NCBI RefSeq assembly: GCF_000002075.1
Contig: NW_004797374.1
Location: 502,693 to 566,692, forward strand
DNA from: Aplysia californica
Lineage: Eukaryota
Direction: 5' to 3'
DNA: 64,000 nucleotides
Shown: in pieces, positions 13,801 to 24,859 of the stretch
Position numbering within the stretch: the first letter of the stretch is position 1
Layout of the letters: every line of letters begins with the position of its first letter
Made by a program: the position numbers and the translations under genes
Notes under the pieces: generated by a model
The model's input: the letters and a program-made list of their open reading frames with translations, nothing else
Database searches by the model: none
Told to the model about the DNA's origin: nothing

Positions 13801-14143
13801 TGAGACAGCTGTCATGGTTAAGGAGCTTAGATGAAAATCAGAATCAGTGCTGACCGTGGGAATGCGCACCCCTTAGCAATGAAGGGGTTATGCTCTGCAT
13901 GCAAATTTTAATGCCAGCCTACAACCATGTTATCCCGGCATTTACTGTTTAACTTATTCTTAAGATGTGGGAAAACGTTTTGCTTGCCCATCTATAATTT
14001 TTCGACTTATAAAATCAAATAAACAATTTCATTTCCAGGGAGAGGAAGGTTGGCTTCGTCTTGTTACCAGCACCTACAAGGACGGATCATACACCCTGGG
14101 TGTGGAGACAGACTGTGCATACGGAGATGTGATCATGGAGTGA
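1632..14143 (+). CDS. CTSZ: Cathepsin Z (cathepsin X), papain-family carboxypeptidase, 7 exons, ~327 aa
   Basis: Exons 1632-1849, 6112-6233, 6967-7191, 8350-8500, 9955-10030, 11731-11817, 14039-14143; all GT-AG, phases compatible, total 984 nt. Signal peptide, propeptide PCY, FDWRNV, the CTSZ-specific RNQHIPQYCGSCWA, INH and RNSWG catalytic motifs. Confidence 0.96.
1879..2800. repeat. Minisatellite-like arrays of CTTAAGTACGGCTAG/CTAGCCGTACTTAAG flanking a CTATTCTCACC-family element
   Basis: Arrays at 1879-1968 and 2652-2800; internal 2090-2640 is homologous (inverted) to 45530-45900. Confidence 0.65.
2926..3463. mobile_element. Foldback / MULE-like MITE
   Basis: ~73-bp TIRs GGTAGTGTCAATTGCCACCGAGTGACGCGG..., T-rich ~9-bp flanks. 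Confidence 0.8.
3484..3578. repeat. 28-bp tandem repeat, ~3.4 copies
   Basis: ATTCATTAGCTGACTCGGTTTCAAAACG units. Confidence 0.85.
3650..3825. other. Assembly gap
   Basis: N run. Confidence 1.
6112..6233 (+). CDS. CTSZ: CTSZ exon 2
   Basis: TKPRPFE...[26 protein letters not shown], flanked by AG/GT. Confidence 0.95.
6420..6736. mobile_element. piggyBac-like MITE
   Basis: TTAA|CTCTTTGAGCC ... GGCTCAAAGGG|TTAG. Confidence 0.7.
6967..7191 (+). CDS. CTSZ: CTSZ exon 3 (catalytic Cys)
   Basis: [27 protein letters not shown]...DETCNNYQA. Confidence 0.96.
8350..8500 (+). CDS. CTSZ: CTSZ exon 4
   Basis: [10 protein letters not shown]...[11 protein letters not shown]. Confidence 0.95.
8690..9204 (-). 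mobile_element. Mariner transposon relic (N-terminal HTH fragment)
   Basis: TA-CGAGGG terminus at 9204; translates [44 protein letters not shown]. Confidence 0.8.
9955..10030 (+). CDS. CTSZ: CTSZ exon 5
   Basis: [20 protein letters not shown]. Confidence 0.95.
10164..10688 (+). mobile_element. tRNA-derived SINE with Nin/Deu-like central domain and LINE-derived 3' tail
   Basis: A box TGGCCTAGAGG, B box GGTTCGAACCC; core ...GGAGGTCTCGTGTG...CACGTTAAAGATCCC...AAGAGTA; 13-bp TSD TCTAATCTTCTGG (10151-10163, 10689-10701). Confidence 0.88.
10764..11520. mobile_element. Tc1/pogo-type MITE (CAGTGGAAACC termini, TA TSD)
   Basis: Inverted second copy at 42947-43707. Confidence 0.88.
11731..11817 (+). 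CDS. CTSZ: CTSZ exon 6 (catalytic His and Asn)
   Basis: [29 protein letters not shown]. Confidence 0.96.
11966..12374. mobile_element. MITE of the ATGTG..GGTGGAATCAGGCGCTC family
   Basis: Imperfect TIRs; further copies at 16757-17105, 36854-37254, 40012-42315, 57019-57460. Confidence 0.75.
14039..14143 (+). CDS. CTSZ: CTSZ exon 7 (last)
   Basis: [14 protein letters not shown]...[15 protein letters not shown]. Confidence 0.95.
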   Translation, partial: GEEGWLRLVTSTYKDGSYTLGVETDCAYGDVIME

Positions 14144-16756
14144 GTGTGAGGGACTCAGCCATGGCATACCAGCAAGAGGATTTTCTTGTTGTCTCTTGCC
14201 ACTAACCCTTTTTTTTTTTTATTATATTTTTTTAGAATTAGAATCAGAATACTACTTTCTACAATTCCATATATCACTTAATTTGTTGAGGCATAGTATC
14301 TGTACGGGTCCCGTAGTTACCTCAACTTTTAATTTGTAATTGTTTGCGTTTTGAACAGCTTACATTTCTGTTTACCTGAACAGTAAGCTATAGATTATTC
14401 ACTTCTTCAAAGGAGTTGTATATATTGTCGCCTCTAAATACTTGATTTTCTGTGTTAATGAATAATGAGGTTTCAGCATGTTCAATTTGGCTTCAAGAGT
14501 CAAATCTGAGTTGAATTTACAACAGGTGCCAAAGTAGAGAATGTTTATTCACTTCATCTGGTTGTTATACTTTACAACCCTACCTTATGTTTTGGCTATT
14601 TGTGACACAAACTTATCTCTTTTGATAACTCTCTCAGTTTTATTCCCACAAAGATCTTCTTTATGTTTCTGTCACATAATGTAAAAAAGCCGTTGTTTGT
14701 GTGAAAATGAAAGGGGGAAGAACTTGGATAATTTAATTTTTTGATGACTAACTCATGGCTTGGAAGTTGGGTAGCTAAACCCAAATCTCAAGGTACAGAG
14801 AATTACTTTCAAGTGGAAGAAAATAACGAATTTCTTGCCCTTCTTAAAAACTATTTTCTTGTAGTCAACAGATTGTCTATATTGGGATTTTAAAAAGGTT
14901 GAATACAGCTGATAAAGGATGAGATATTCTCATATTCACATTCCATAGAGGGATTCTGAACAGCTGGTAGCATTGTACACTGATATTATAGTGACCACCT
15001 GTCCATAACGTTCACTTTTCTCTGTGACCTTGAGTGGCTTATTATGGGAAGTTTCAGCTGCATGTCTGTTTCTAAGACTTACCCTAGGTACATGGCCAGA
15101 GTCGTGTTCTAGGATATGCGTCAAGACATTTTCCTGAGTCATGAAATGTGTACAGTATGAGATACTTTTTTGATAACCTGTACACTTAACTGATTCCTTT
15201 GAGGTGGATGAATGCTGTGTTTCCTCAGTGTTTTATTGGATCAGTCAGGGTAAATTATACTCAGCTTATGAATGAACAATTTCTTTGTTTCTGTGCCATT
15301 GAAATGTGTTTGAAAGAACCAAAATTTTACCTGCTAGATTCTCCACATATGTATTACTGACATCTTTTATTTTTAGTTTTTAACATCATCTCTTGATCTA
15401 ATCAAAGATGCCATTATGCCATTTTAAAACAAAATTATTTTCAAAAGAACTGGTTGTTTTTCCAAGCCTTTGTTTTCTATTTAAACCCGATATTAGTTGT
15501 GTCTGTTTAATATTTTCTTTTTGCAAATGCAACATTGTAAATCTTCAGATGATTTCACATTCTCAAATGTGACCAATTCTGAGCTTGAGAATCTTTTATT
15601 TTTAAATTGATTGTGGAAAAACATGTTTGCTTTTAGTTTACCTGCATTTGTACAGTTATCATGAATGTGCAGATTACCGCAAGAACTGATTTTATAGTTT
15701 GGTGGATCTGAGAAAGAATTTATTTTCAACCTTCTTTAAAATGGTTCCAGATTACCGTTACCAGTGACTAGTATGAGAGATTAGTTTTGATCAACCTCTC
15801 GACTATGGGTTTGTTTTATTTTTATATATTTCAAAACCGTGATCCGTCTTCATTGTGTAAATTTTTCTCCATCCAGAACCTTTTTTTTTCAATAAAAAAA
15901 CTCTGAAAATTGTCACATTTTATCTCAATTTGGAACATCATTGACTCAAAATCATGTTTTGCTCCTTATTAAATATCTCTACTACTTTTGTGTGCTTTGT
16001 TTTCTTTGATTTTGAATTTTAGTGTTTTGTCAGTGAGCTGTTTGCAGGTGCTCAGGTGTGGTTTGCTCTTTCTTTCCTACCAAACACCTATTGTCCTTAT
16101 CCCCCTTCCTTCTTTATTGTGTTTGTTACTCTCATGTTACGCCTCCGGTCTTTGACACTAAAATGGCCTAATTGTGTTGTGAGTATGACTAAAACTCTTA
16201 CTAAAACTAAGCTAGACTGTTTTGTCACAATCTTCCAATTACCAGGTTACGGTGGGTCTGTGGCGAGTTTTCTGTGTGGTTTGCTCCTTTTTTTCCTTTT
16301 TTCTTTTCTTTGTATGTTACTCTCATGTTAAACGTCTAATCTTTGGTACTTATAAGACCTTTTTTGTTGTTGCAAGCATCGTAAGATTCAGATTTGAAAC
16401 CATCTGGGGAATTTGTCAAGTCCAGTAAGTGACCATAACTTGGACCCTGTTACTACAGTTGACCTCGGATGAGTTGATGTCGTTAGGGGGGTTAAAAAAA
16501 GAATAGAATCATCCGAAGTTCAACGTAACCGTTGGGATCTGTAAACAAGAGGAAGTTCTGGGGCCATAAATAAAAAAACTTAACCGAAGAGTTCACTGTA
16601 CTGACCACTCTATAACGGTCACTTTTCTCCGTGACCTTGAGTGACTGTAATGGACAGTTTTAACTACTATTATGCTTCTAAAACTTGTGCTAGCTATATG
16701 GCCAGAGTCATGTTCTAGGATATGCGTCAAAAGTCTGCACGTCTACTTCTAGTACA

Positions 16757-17105
16757 TGTGTGTCGTGACGCGTTGGAATCAGGCGCTCCTCAATTTTTGG
16801 GTATGTGGAGTTATTGAGTTATTGGCATCATCATAAAGCTTATTCAACTGACTACCTTTCGATGGGAAAAAATACATCTATCTTGAATAGAAGTCGAGAT
16901 ATTTGCAATTGAAGGAGGTGGGGGTCGCCTGTTTTCAGAGGTAAAATTATCAAGAAAATGGCAATATGTTTTTATTTTAAATAGACATGTTGAACCAAAT
17001 AAACAAAAATTCTTTAAAAAATTAGTGAAACTGGCGGAAACATGGCGATATCTCTGCTTTCATTATTATGAGGAGTGCCTGATTTCACCATGATGCCTCA
17101 CAATG
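16757..17105. mobile_element. MITE of the ATGTG..GGAATCAGGCGCTC family
   Basis: Same TIRs and body as 36854-37254. Confidence 0.75.
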
Positions 17106-17285
17106 TATTTTTTTCTTAGGAATTTATAAATCGCTTTTAAAAAGAAAATAGACATCTTATAATACTCATTCTCTGTCATATGTAAATGTTTATAATAAAA
17201 TGTTGTCATCGGAAATTAGAACATCAAGCCTAGGCTAACAAATAAGCTACATTTCTAGAGAGCTAAATACTAAACGAGAAAAAGC

Positions 17286-17700
17286 TAGCATCTGCGTTTG
17301 TTGTCATTTTTTTGTCCAAAAGTTGCCCAAAAAATGACAAACGTTGCCATAAAAGTTGCCATTAATTTTCAAGCTTTTAAATCTCTGTGACGACGTTTAT
17401 AGCAATATGTTGATAGAGGTAACTTAATCTAAAGCACCAAAATTTCTTGTGAAGAGTCCAGAAGATCATTTGTAGCCACACGGAGTGCAAAAACGTAAAA
17501 AAAGTTTTCCCAACCGAATGAAACCGAAATTAGAACAGCGCATAAACAACCACAGAAATTAACAAACAGCCTAATGCTATTGTTAGACCTTGAAATATTT
17601 TAGAAGCTTTAAAGGCATAGTTGACAAGCTCTTGCTCTAGCTGATCACTGAAAACTTTCCTTGGTGTTGTTTATGAGCAATTGCCACAACGTGAGACTCT
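17286..17700. mobile_element. Partial TAGCATCTGCGTTTGTTG-family DNA element
   Basis: Homologous to 42569-42830. Confidence 0.7.
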
Positions 17701-18214
17701 TGAGACTCAGTGGTGCCAAACCAAAAATGTTTTCTTACCAATTTGACTCCCTTTTCTGTCAGTCACAGATTGACTTTTAGTGCTCATATTCCTGGAGTAT
17801 TAGAGTAAGGAGACGTAGGGTTTTGGAGATATGGGTTTATTGGTTTGGCAACCACTGTATTTCTTGTATGTAACAGTGATGACAAAAACGGATAAGCCGC
17901 AAGGCAAATTATAGACTTTAATATATTCCATTTGTTTAGTAAACAAAGACTTTATACTTTATACACTATGAACTTCATTCATATACGGTAATATAAATGA
18001 CAAGCATTGTAACAATGACGCAGAGCACAGAACATGTCATCATTGTTATGCACAAGAAATGATACACATTGGATATTATCATTCACAACACATCACAATA
18101 AATAGTGAAAGGCTGTACAAATACAGTCATCAAAGCCTCAATGCCAGAAAAACACATTTGCAAAACAATTTTAAACTAATACTAATAAGAGGCAAAAGCA
18201 CAAAATCAGCGGGG

Positions 18215-18690
18215 CTGACAGTGATGACAAAAATGACTTGTACATAACAATGATGACACAATGTACAGGAAAAGACAAAGTCATGCCTCCAGAGAGAAAT
18301 GTGTACTTTAAGAGTAAAAAACCCCAACAACCCAGGACAGGTCTCTTTTGCTTTGAAACAGATATCAGGTCAAATCAAAGACAGTGGACAATAACAATTA
18401 TGCTATTAATTATGACAAACAGTACTCGTACATAACAGTGGTGACAAAACATACAGGAAAAAGTTCAAAAAGGTAAAATCATGCACTACAAAGAACAAAT
18501 ATGTGCACTACTGATCAATAATTGGGCATATTTTTTTTCCCTAAATGAATCATGCATGTGTGAACTATATGTTGAAAACGTATTGATATTAATATTAGCA
18601 ATTATGATAAACATTACTTGTACATAACAATGATGACACGATGAATAGGAAAAAGGCATTCATGCCAACAAAGAACAAAATTTTAATGTA
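18215..18690. repeat. Degenerate ~190-bp tandem repeat, 3 copies
   Basis: Recurring ACTTGTACATAACAATGATGACAC...AGGAAAA...TCATGC at ~18236, ~18424, ~18616. Confidence 0.7.
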
Positions 18691-19494
18691 TAGGCCTACT
18701 TCTGGGTTAGACAGATAAACAAGGACATGTTTGTTTATTTGTGTGAGGTGTGAGTAAAGAGAAGCACATGACTTTAATAAAGCTTGCTCTTAGGACAATT
18801 TAATTTCTGGCACGCCAGCAGTCTTGTACGGCTGCATGACGACATCCCAAGTGTCCTCACTAAGCACAAAAACTAAATATCTAAAACCATAGAAATGACC
18901 CATCTCTCGAAGTTTGTTCACACATCACACTCTTGTTCCAGGAATCCAAAGTAAACACCGCAATTTCACAAAAATATTTAACAGGGTAGCATAAAAACAC
19001 GCAAAATAGTCTTGTATGTCAGATTCAACGGTTGATTCTTGTGCGTCACCGAACGCTGACGACAATGGCTACTTTCGTTTTTCTCTTCCCGCCTTTGCTG
19101 TAGCTTCGGCTGTTCTGGGGAAGCGGGTAAGGGGAAGTCACTCGAGAAAACAAGAAAAAAACAAAACCAAACAACGGTGTTTGCCATTTTTTACTTATAC
19201 ATTTTTAACCCTATCCCCAGTGACACATTACATGTCATATAGCCTATCGAGTGACTGGGTGTTTGACACCCGTACACTCTGATCGATAAATATCCATACT
19301 GCGTCACATTCGAGATACTTTAGTTCGTGAGCGCACGTGCCGTGAGGTCAGCGTGACCCCGGGGTCAGAGTTCGGGCAACACGCTGCCGGTCCAGAGCTA
19401 CGGTACGGATGATTTTTTTTTTGCGTGCGTTATTTAGAATATCACTCAATAATAATTATAATCAGTATCTTTTTATAAGATAGTGAAAATAGAT

Positions 19495-21454
19495 GTTGTT
19501 GTTGTTGTTGTTATCGATCCAGCAACAGCTGGGCTCTCGCCCTTCTGTCCAATGCCATGTAGTGATAAGTGCAGGTCTGCTGCAGTTGCTGTAATGTTCC
19601 ATAGAGTGTGTTGTCTATGTTAGGTCTCGGAGGGAGAAGGATGCTCCACAGTCTCATATGCATAGTCACACAAGGGACACACTGGGGGAAGTTCCGGGTT
19701 TATACTGTTCAGGTGGAAGTTGAGCTGTATAAATTATGTTCTGTTCGTAGGCGGAAGATCGTGGTCTGTTTCTTTCTCTGAAGGCGGTTGATATTGTCAT
19801 TCCTTTTTATTGTAGTCATATGTTTGAAAACTGCTCTGCCTGTCTTTCCCAGGGCCCATCTGTTCATCCAATCTTGTTTGTTGTTGGTTTTGATGATTTG
19901 TTTTGCAGTGTTGTATGAAGCTGGAGTGTCGGGTTGTTCCTGTCTAGATCCCCGTTTGGCTAGTGTGTCTGCTCTGTCATTTCCAGGTATGTCTGAGTGT
20001 CCGGGGACCCACTGCATTACTAGGTTGATGCCACAGAATGTTATCAGATGATGGGATCCAAACAGTATATGGGTCAAATCTTGGCTTAGATGATGGTCAT
20101 TTTCTATGGCTTGTAATACTGATAGTGAGTCAGTGAAAATCACAATTTTCTGTGCTTTTCCAGGGTGAGTGTCAAAAACTGTGCGGAGATGGTACAGTGC
20201 TGTTTCAATTGCCATCATTTCTGCATCGTAGTTGTTGCATTTCTCTCCACAGGCTGCATAGATCTCATTGGAACTTCCATCTGGGTACTGTATTAGTATT
20301 CCATATCCGGCCTTGGTTGTGCCTTTGAATGCTGAGCCGTCCGTATAGACGTGTATCCAGTCATCTGAATAGCTGTCGATTGTTTGATGTGATGCAAGCA
20401 TCAGCGTCACTGGGTCTGAAGATTTTGTGCTCTTGTCTTTGAGAGATGTTGTAATGATTGGCTTTTTTAAAGAAAGGTGGGGAGGGATGTTTTGATTGAC
20501 TCTTTTGGTTTCTTTTCTGTTTTGTGGTAGATGGTGGCTCTCCATTAGTTCTATGATGTTATGCATGATTGACTTTTGTTGAATTCGTTTCTTTGGTTTC
20601 CATGTTTCTACTAATTTCCTGTTTGGGTGGTTGGGGCACATTCTTTTAGTTCTTTCATGTAGCTCCAAAACTGCTCTATCTCTGCGGATTCCCAGGGGTT
20701 CAACATTTGCAAGGATTTCGCACGCGGCGGTAGATGTGGATCTCATGCCGCCATTTATAAAACGAAGGGCATTGTTTTGGACCTTGTCAAGGGTGTTGCA
20801 AGTAGTTGTACTGCACATTGTGAGTAGGCTATTGCTGTATTCCAGGGAAGATCGGACATAACCCAGGTATAGAGCTCTCAAAGTTTGTTTGTCTGATCCC
20901 CATGAACTGCTTGCGAGTTTTTTTTAAAGTTGGAGTCTTTTTTTAGCCTTGTTCCTTATGTTCTCCACTTGGCTTTTCATGGTTAGCCTATGGTCAAGTT
21001 TGATTCCTAGGTAAGTTGGATGTTCTTCTTTGGGGAGACTTTCATTTCCTATCTTTAGTTTGAGATTTTCTTTGGCTGCTTTATGGCTCTTCGTGAAGAT
21101 GGTGTATACTGTTTTCGTGCAGTTTATTTTAAGTTTCCATTTCTGACAGTAATTATGGAGCCTCTTGAGGTCTTCATTTAATTTCCCTGCTCCTACTATC
21201 GTGCTGTGATGTGTCTGCCAGAGAGCAAGATCATCGGCATAAAGAGTCTTTTCTGATTTCAGCACGTTCGTTACATCATTAAAGAAGACCAGGAACAAAG
21301 TGCAACTCAGACAGGAACCTTGAGGTAAGCCTTCCTCGAGTACTTCTCTTGACGAGTGGGCATTGTTTACCTTGGTTTCAATGTTTCGATCCGACAGAAA
21401 GAACTTGACCCATTTGTAAAGTTTGCCATGTATCCCGAGGTCCATCAATTTCAT
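19495..21454 (-). mobile_element. 5'-truncated non-LTR retrotransposon with RT, RNase H and C-terminal Cys motif (I/Ingi/Nimb-like group)
   Basis: GLPQGS and LYADD; RNase H YTDGS / FTDSLS / WVPGHSDIPGNDRAD; (AAC)n tail; 12-bp TSD GTGAAAATAGAT (19483-19494, 21455-21466); frameshift near 20920. Confidence 0.95.
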
Positions 21455-22161
21455 GTGAAAATAGATAAAAAGCAAAAAGATGCGGTTTCTTGGGAGAGCA
21501 TTGAGGATTAGTTAATAGAACGAGGAAATGAAATGGGGCAATGGTGAAAGAAGACATACAATAAGTTGAGTAATGCGAAGTATTAGGAAGACACCAATTT
21601 TAATTCAGTTTCTACAACAGTCGAATCGACATAAACGCATTGAACATTTGCTCTCACTGAAAAAATAGAAGGCAAAAGAGGTAGGCGTAGATGGCCAGTT
21701 GACCAATAACAACTTATACAACTTGAATTGTGGGTGACGGGGAAAGCATACGATATGTACCGTAATATTAATATGTTTGTTTCTTTTAGAGCACCCTCAC
21801 AAAGAAATGAATAGTGAACCATGATCGACGATGTCTGTTTCAGGTCTAGTTCTTCGTGAAGATGATCTCAAAGCTTTCATGTGCTTTCATATATGGCTCA
21901 CATATTGTTCTATTTGGCGAGTGCAAAGGGGGGGGCAGGAAATATATTCGGTTTTGAAAAGAAAAAAAATATGGTAAAGAGTGACCAAGCAAAGATTAAA
22001 GAAAACTTTCATGATACGGTGAGGGAAGCGCAAGAGCAGGCGTGGGCCTATTTAGATCAACGAGCTTCTACTATGGTCCTTGTGTATTTGACATCACGAC
22101 GCAATAACCACGTCCGTTGCGGCTTCTCCTCCACTCAAGGTCAAAGTCAAAGGGTATTGTG

Positions 22162-22334
22162 CTGTCCCCGTCGTTTTATGCAATGAAAATTTCTGAAATT
22201 ATACAAACTGAGCACAAATATGTGAAATTATGCGATTCTGTTAATTTTAGCAAAGAATGGTAAAGGAAAAAAAATTATAAATTATGTTTAAAAAAATGTC
22301 AAATTATGCGGGGTGCACAAAACCACGGGGACAG
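22162..22334. mobile_element. Small MITE with CTGTCCCCGT...ACGGGGACAG termini
   Basis: Second copy nested at ~35768-35952. Confidence 0.7.
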
Positions 22335-22804
22335 ATTATGGTGCACCGAGAGAAAATGTATAGGCCCTACCGGGTAGTACAGTAACATTTCAAAATAACA
22401 TGCTGGGCTGAAAAAAGTATTCTCGACTGTAATGTAACTTAATAATTAGTGAAAATATTTACTTCCAATTGCTTGGAGTTGGAGTCCCAGTAAGAATTGT
22501 TACCATCTAAAAGTTGTTTATCTAAAGCGTACCTGTGTAAAACGTTTTTTTTCGATAATAATAATAGCTTTCACTTTTCAAGAGGTTTTAGTAGTGATCT
22601 AACATGGTTCGTGTATAACGGACATTGTAGGCCTACATTGTGAGAATTAAAAATATGGCAAACAGTGATAGTTTTACTAGGAATACAGAACTTAATCAGC
22701 GCAGTGAGAGTGCAAGTTGATAAGATTGTCGCAGATTTACACGTTACGATTACAAGCGTATTAATTATTGTCAGCATAACCGTCAGTGGGCGCTTGCAAC
22801 CTCC

Positions 22805-22971
22805 NNNNNNNNNNNNNNNNNNNNNNNNNNNNNNNNNNNNNNNNNNNNNNNNNNNNNNNNNNNNNNNNNNNNNNNNNNNNNNNNNNNNNNNNNNNNNNNN
22901 NNNNNNNNNNNNNNNNNNNNNNNNNNNNNNNNNNNNNNNNNNNNNNNNNNNNNNNNNNNNNNNNNNNNNNN
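22805..22971. other. Assembly gap
   Basis: N run. Confidence 1.
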
Positions 22972-24859
22972 AGTAAATATCGGCCTTCTGGGAAGGATAA
23001 GAACCACTGGTTTAGGGAGCCTTCTACTTCTTCTTGAAAGAAGATTAAAAAGAAAAACAACAACAGCGCAACTTTAAGTATACCACAAAACTGCCCGTTT
23101 GACACAACGTGCGAAGTCCATTGGTGCTGGTATCCAAAGCAGCAGCACAAGTGACGATTTCCATTAGACCTATTTTGCCGTTGGTTACCAACTGAGAAGA
23201 GCCCAGAAATCTAGGCCTTCAGCCAGAAAAAGATCTATACGTGTATCCCACTCTTAAAACCGACCCGGGCTGCAAGCTCACGGTATACCGTGTATTTACT
23301 GTCAGCTCTCTCTGTGCGGTCTTTACACGTATACCGTGTATTAATTTACTGCCAGATCCTTCTCTGTGCGATATTTACACGTACTCCGTGTATTTACAGT
23401 CAGCCATATATCATTATATAAGATTATATACAGATGTGATATAATGACGTAGCAAGTTTTGTCTGTATTCTTATAAGTGATGAATACGTGTACATGCACT
23501 CAAATGCATGTTCCATAGACTAATAGGGTAAGCCCCAAGCAAGATACAGGTTGTTCGCAATTTTATGAATGTAAAAAAAAAAAAAAATTAAATTCAATGT
23601 AATAGAAATACCGAAACAACCACTTAGTGACAGGTGAGTTGGAAAAGTTACAGGGCAGCTAAAAAGTATTTCAATTTGAAATGAATAATTTTACCATGAT
23701 TTTTTTAAATTTATGAGTGTGAGATCTTGAGAGAAGATACGTTTAACTTAATTAATATGTACGCAGAACCCATTGTTAGGCGTAATACTAGACCTATATT
23801 AATAATAAAATGCACTTCGAATATATTTGAAATTTTGAACATTTATTGCCCATCACTTACTCACTCAACAGAAGATTATTCCTTATTTTAAAATAAAAAG
23901 TAAGACTACATGAAAAAGCAAAAGTGAAAAGCGAATCCAAAATTACACGATGCTTGAAAATGAAAAAAAAACACTGCTTAAGCTTTAACCTAACTAAACT
24001 AACTTTCTATTACATTAAACTGATAAAGTTACAGTTACAGCAATGATAGTACATAACATGTAGGCCAGGCCTACTACTATCCTTGGTTGGGTTACAGATA
24101 CAGAGTGGGTCAAAGTTCACAGACATCTTGTTTACATACAATCGGCTGAGGACTAGATCTAGAATCTAGGGCTAGGACTTACAAGGAGAAAAGCGAAAGC
24201 GAACACCATCACCGCAAGTGGCGCAAGCTGAACGCTCTAAAACATTTCCTATTGAACAGAGGTACATTTTTTCGCTCTTTTGGTCGTATATTTGTCAATA
24301 AAAAGTGACCAGTAAAAAGCGTTTCCTCAAGGCCCACCCGTCCTGAAATCCTGGAAAAACAAGGCTAGATAGTACCGGTATTCATTCTCTGTTCTGCTTA
24401 CTTAAACATTTAGCCTTACTTAATAATTATTATATATATAGATCTATATATATATAATACATTAGGTACTGATATTTGTGGTAAGATTGACAAACCAGAC
24501 CAGCGGATTAGGAATACTTTTGCCTATGTCTCGACAACCTTAGGAATTCATGATTTTCCCCAGTTTTTAATCTCTTTCTATGAAGAATCTCAGACCTAGA
24601 TCTATTCATTAACAACAGTTAGTCGGGGGGACCCCCCTAAACCCCCCGCTCCCCCCCCCTTCCATACTAATCCCTTCCCCCCCCCCCCATTCTTGCGCAA
24701 TAATACGAGTGGTCCGGTATTCTTAAATCTTCCCATATTTGTAATGAGTGGCCAAACCATTTTGTTTGTTGTTGGTTTTCTATGAAATGCCGAAGAGATG
24801 CTGTACAAACAGCTGTTCTTTTATCATTGTTTTCCTGCCCGTGTATGCTTTTTGAATCT

